NCBI GenBank assembly: GCA_947449695.1
Contig: CANFST010000012.1
Coordinates: 6,460-70,459, forward strand
Length of the DNA: 64,000 nt
Direction: 5' to 3'
From: Chitinophagales bacterium
GTDB taxonomy: Bacteria; Bacteroidota; Bacteroidia; Chitinophagales; CAIODY01
The position numbers were made by a program, and so were the translations under genes. Positions 63,801-64,000 of the stretch are shown here, piece after piece (position 1 is the stretch's first letter; each line of letters begins with the position of its first letter). Under the pieces are notes generated by a model. That model saw only the letters and a program-made list of their open reading frames with translations. It was not told the DNA's origin and did no database searches.

Positions 63801-64000
63801 ATGAAAAAACTCATATTAGTCAGGCATGCTAAATCCGATTGGAGTAATCCTTTGCAAAAAGATTTTGACCGTGTATTAAATACCAGAGGGTTAAACGATG
63901 CACCAATGATGGGTAAAAGATTATTAAACAACAATTTTGTACCTCAATTAATTATTAGCAGCACTGCAGCTCGTGCTAAACAAACTTCTGAACTTATTGC
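63801..64000 (+). CDS. Histidine phosphatase superfamily protein, SixA-like (3-prime end outside window)
   Basis: MKKLILVRHAKSDW (RHA/G catalytic motif) ...LNTRGLNDAP...LIISSTAARAKQT. Confidence 0.6.
   Translation, partial: MKKLILVRHAKSDWSNPLQKDFDRVLNTRGLNDAPMMGKRLLNNNFVPQLIISSTAARAKQTSELI

Noticed and set aside
1-64000. Search for CRISPR arrays, transposases, integrases, prophage or classic defence genes (restriction-modification, toxin-antitoxin, Cas, retron RT).
   Set aside because: I found no direct-repeat/spacer array, no terminal inverted repeats flanking an ORF, and no product with recombinase, nuclease-defence or phage structural motifs. The tRNA-Leu is not flanked by an integrase. 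The window appears to be conserved core chromosome.

Overview
The window looks like core chromosome from a low-GC member of the Bacteroidota. Supporting evidence: T9SS type A and type B C-terminal sorting domains, ribosomal protein THX, DUF6089/DUF4835/DUF3276 families, TAnnTTTG -7 promoter boxes, and little Shine-Dalgarno signal. I can support about 62 protein-coding genes (two truncated by the window edges), one tRNA-Leu(CAG), several intrinsic terminators and a few promoter boxes.

Content is mostly housekeeping:
- Translation: rpsF-rpsR-rplI, THX, aspS, ychF, prmC.
- Central and cofactor metabolism: gdh, hemW, serC, coaBC, hpt, tdk, ubiX, pabB-like, beta-oxidation enzymes.
- Cell envelope: murF, kdtA, rlpA-like, OmpA-TSP3, GT2, deacetylase, three GT-C-like membrane proteins.
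- HU DNA-binding protein.

I saw no CRISPR array, transposase, integrase, phage genes or obvious defence island.

The least ordinary part is a tightly packed, co-directional minus-strand array at 35.6-46.1 kb. A six-gene block carries every element of a His-Asp-His-Asp phosphorelay: a 7TMR-DISM kinase, a REC-HK-REC hybrid, an Hpt protein and a membrane-anchored REC. It also carries two uncharacterised polytopic membrane proteins and has no recognisable output domain. Upstream sit a paralogous TPR sensor kinase and a stand-alone REC/DUF952/DUF2798/AlgH group.

Secondary observations:
- A T9SS cargo locus with two convergent giant type-B cargo genes flanking a decayed type-A sorting-domain relic.
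- A TMTC-like GT-C/TPR protein.
- An ATGA-coupled murF/GT-C-like pair.
- A nested hairpin between gdh and tRNA-Leu.
- Likely leaderless starts for kdtA and coaBC.

All family calls come from reading motifs by eye. No database search was run.
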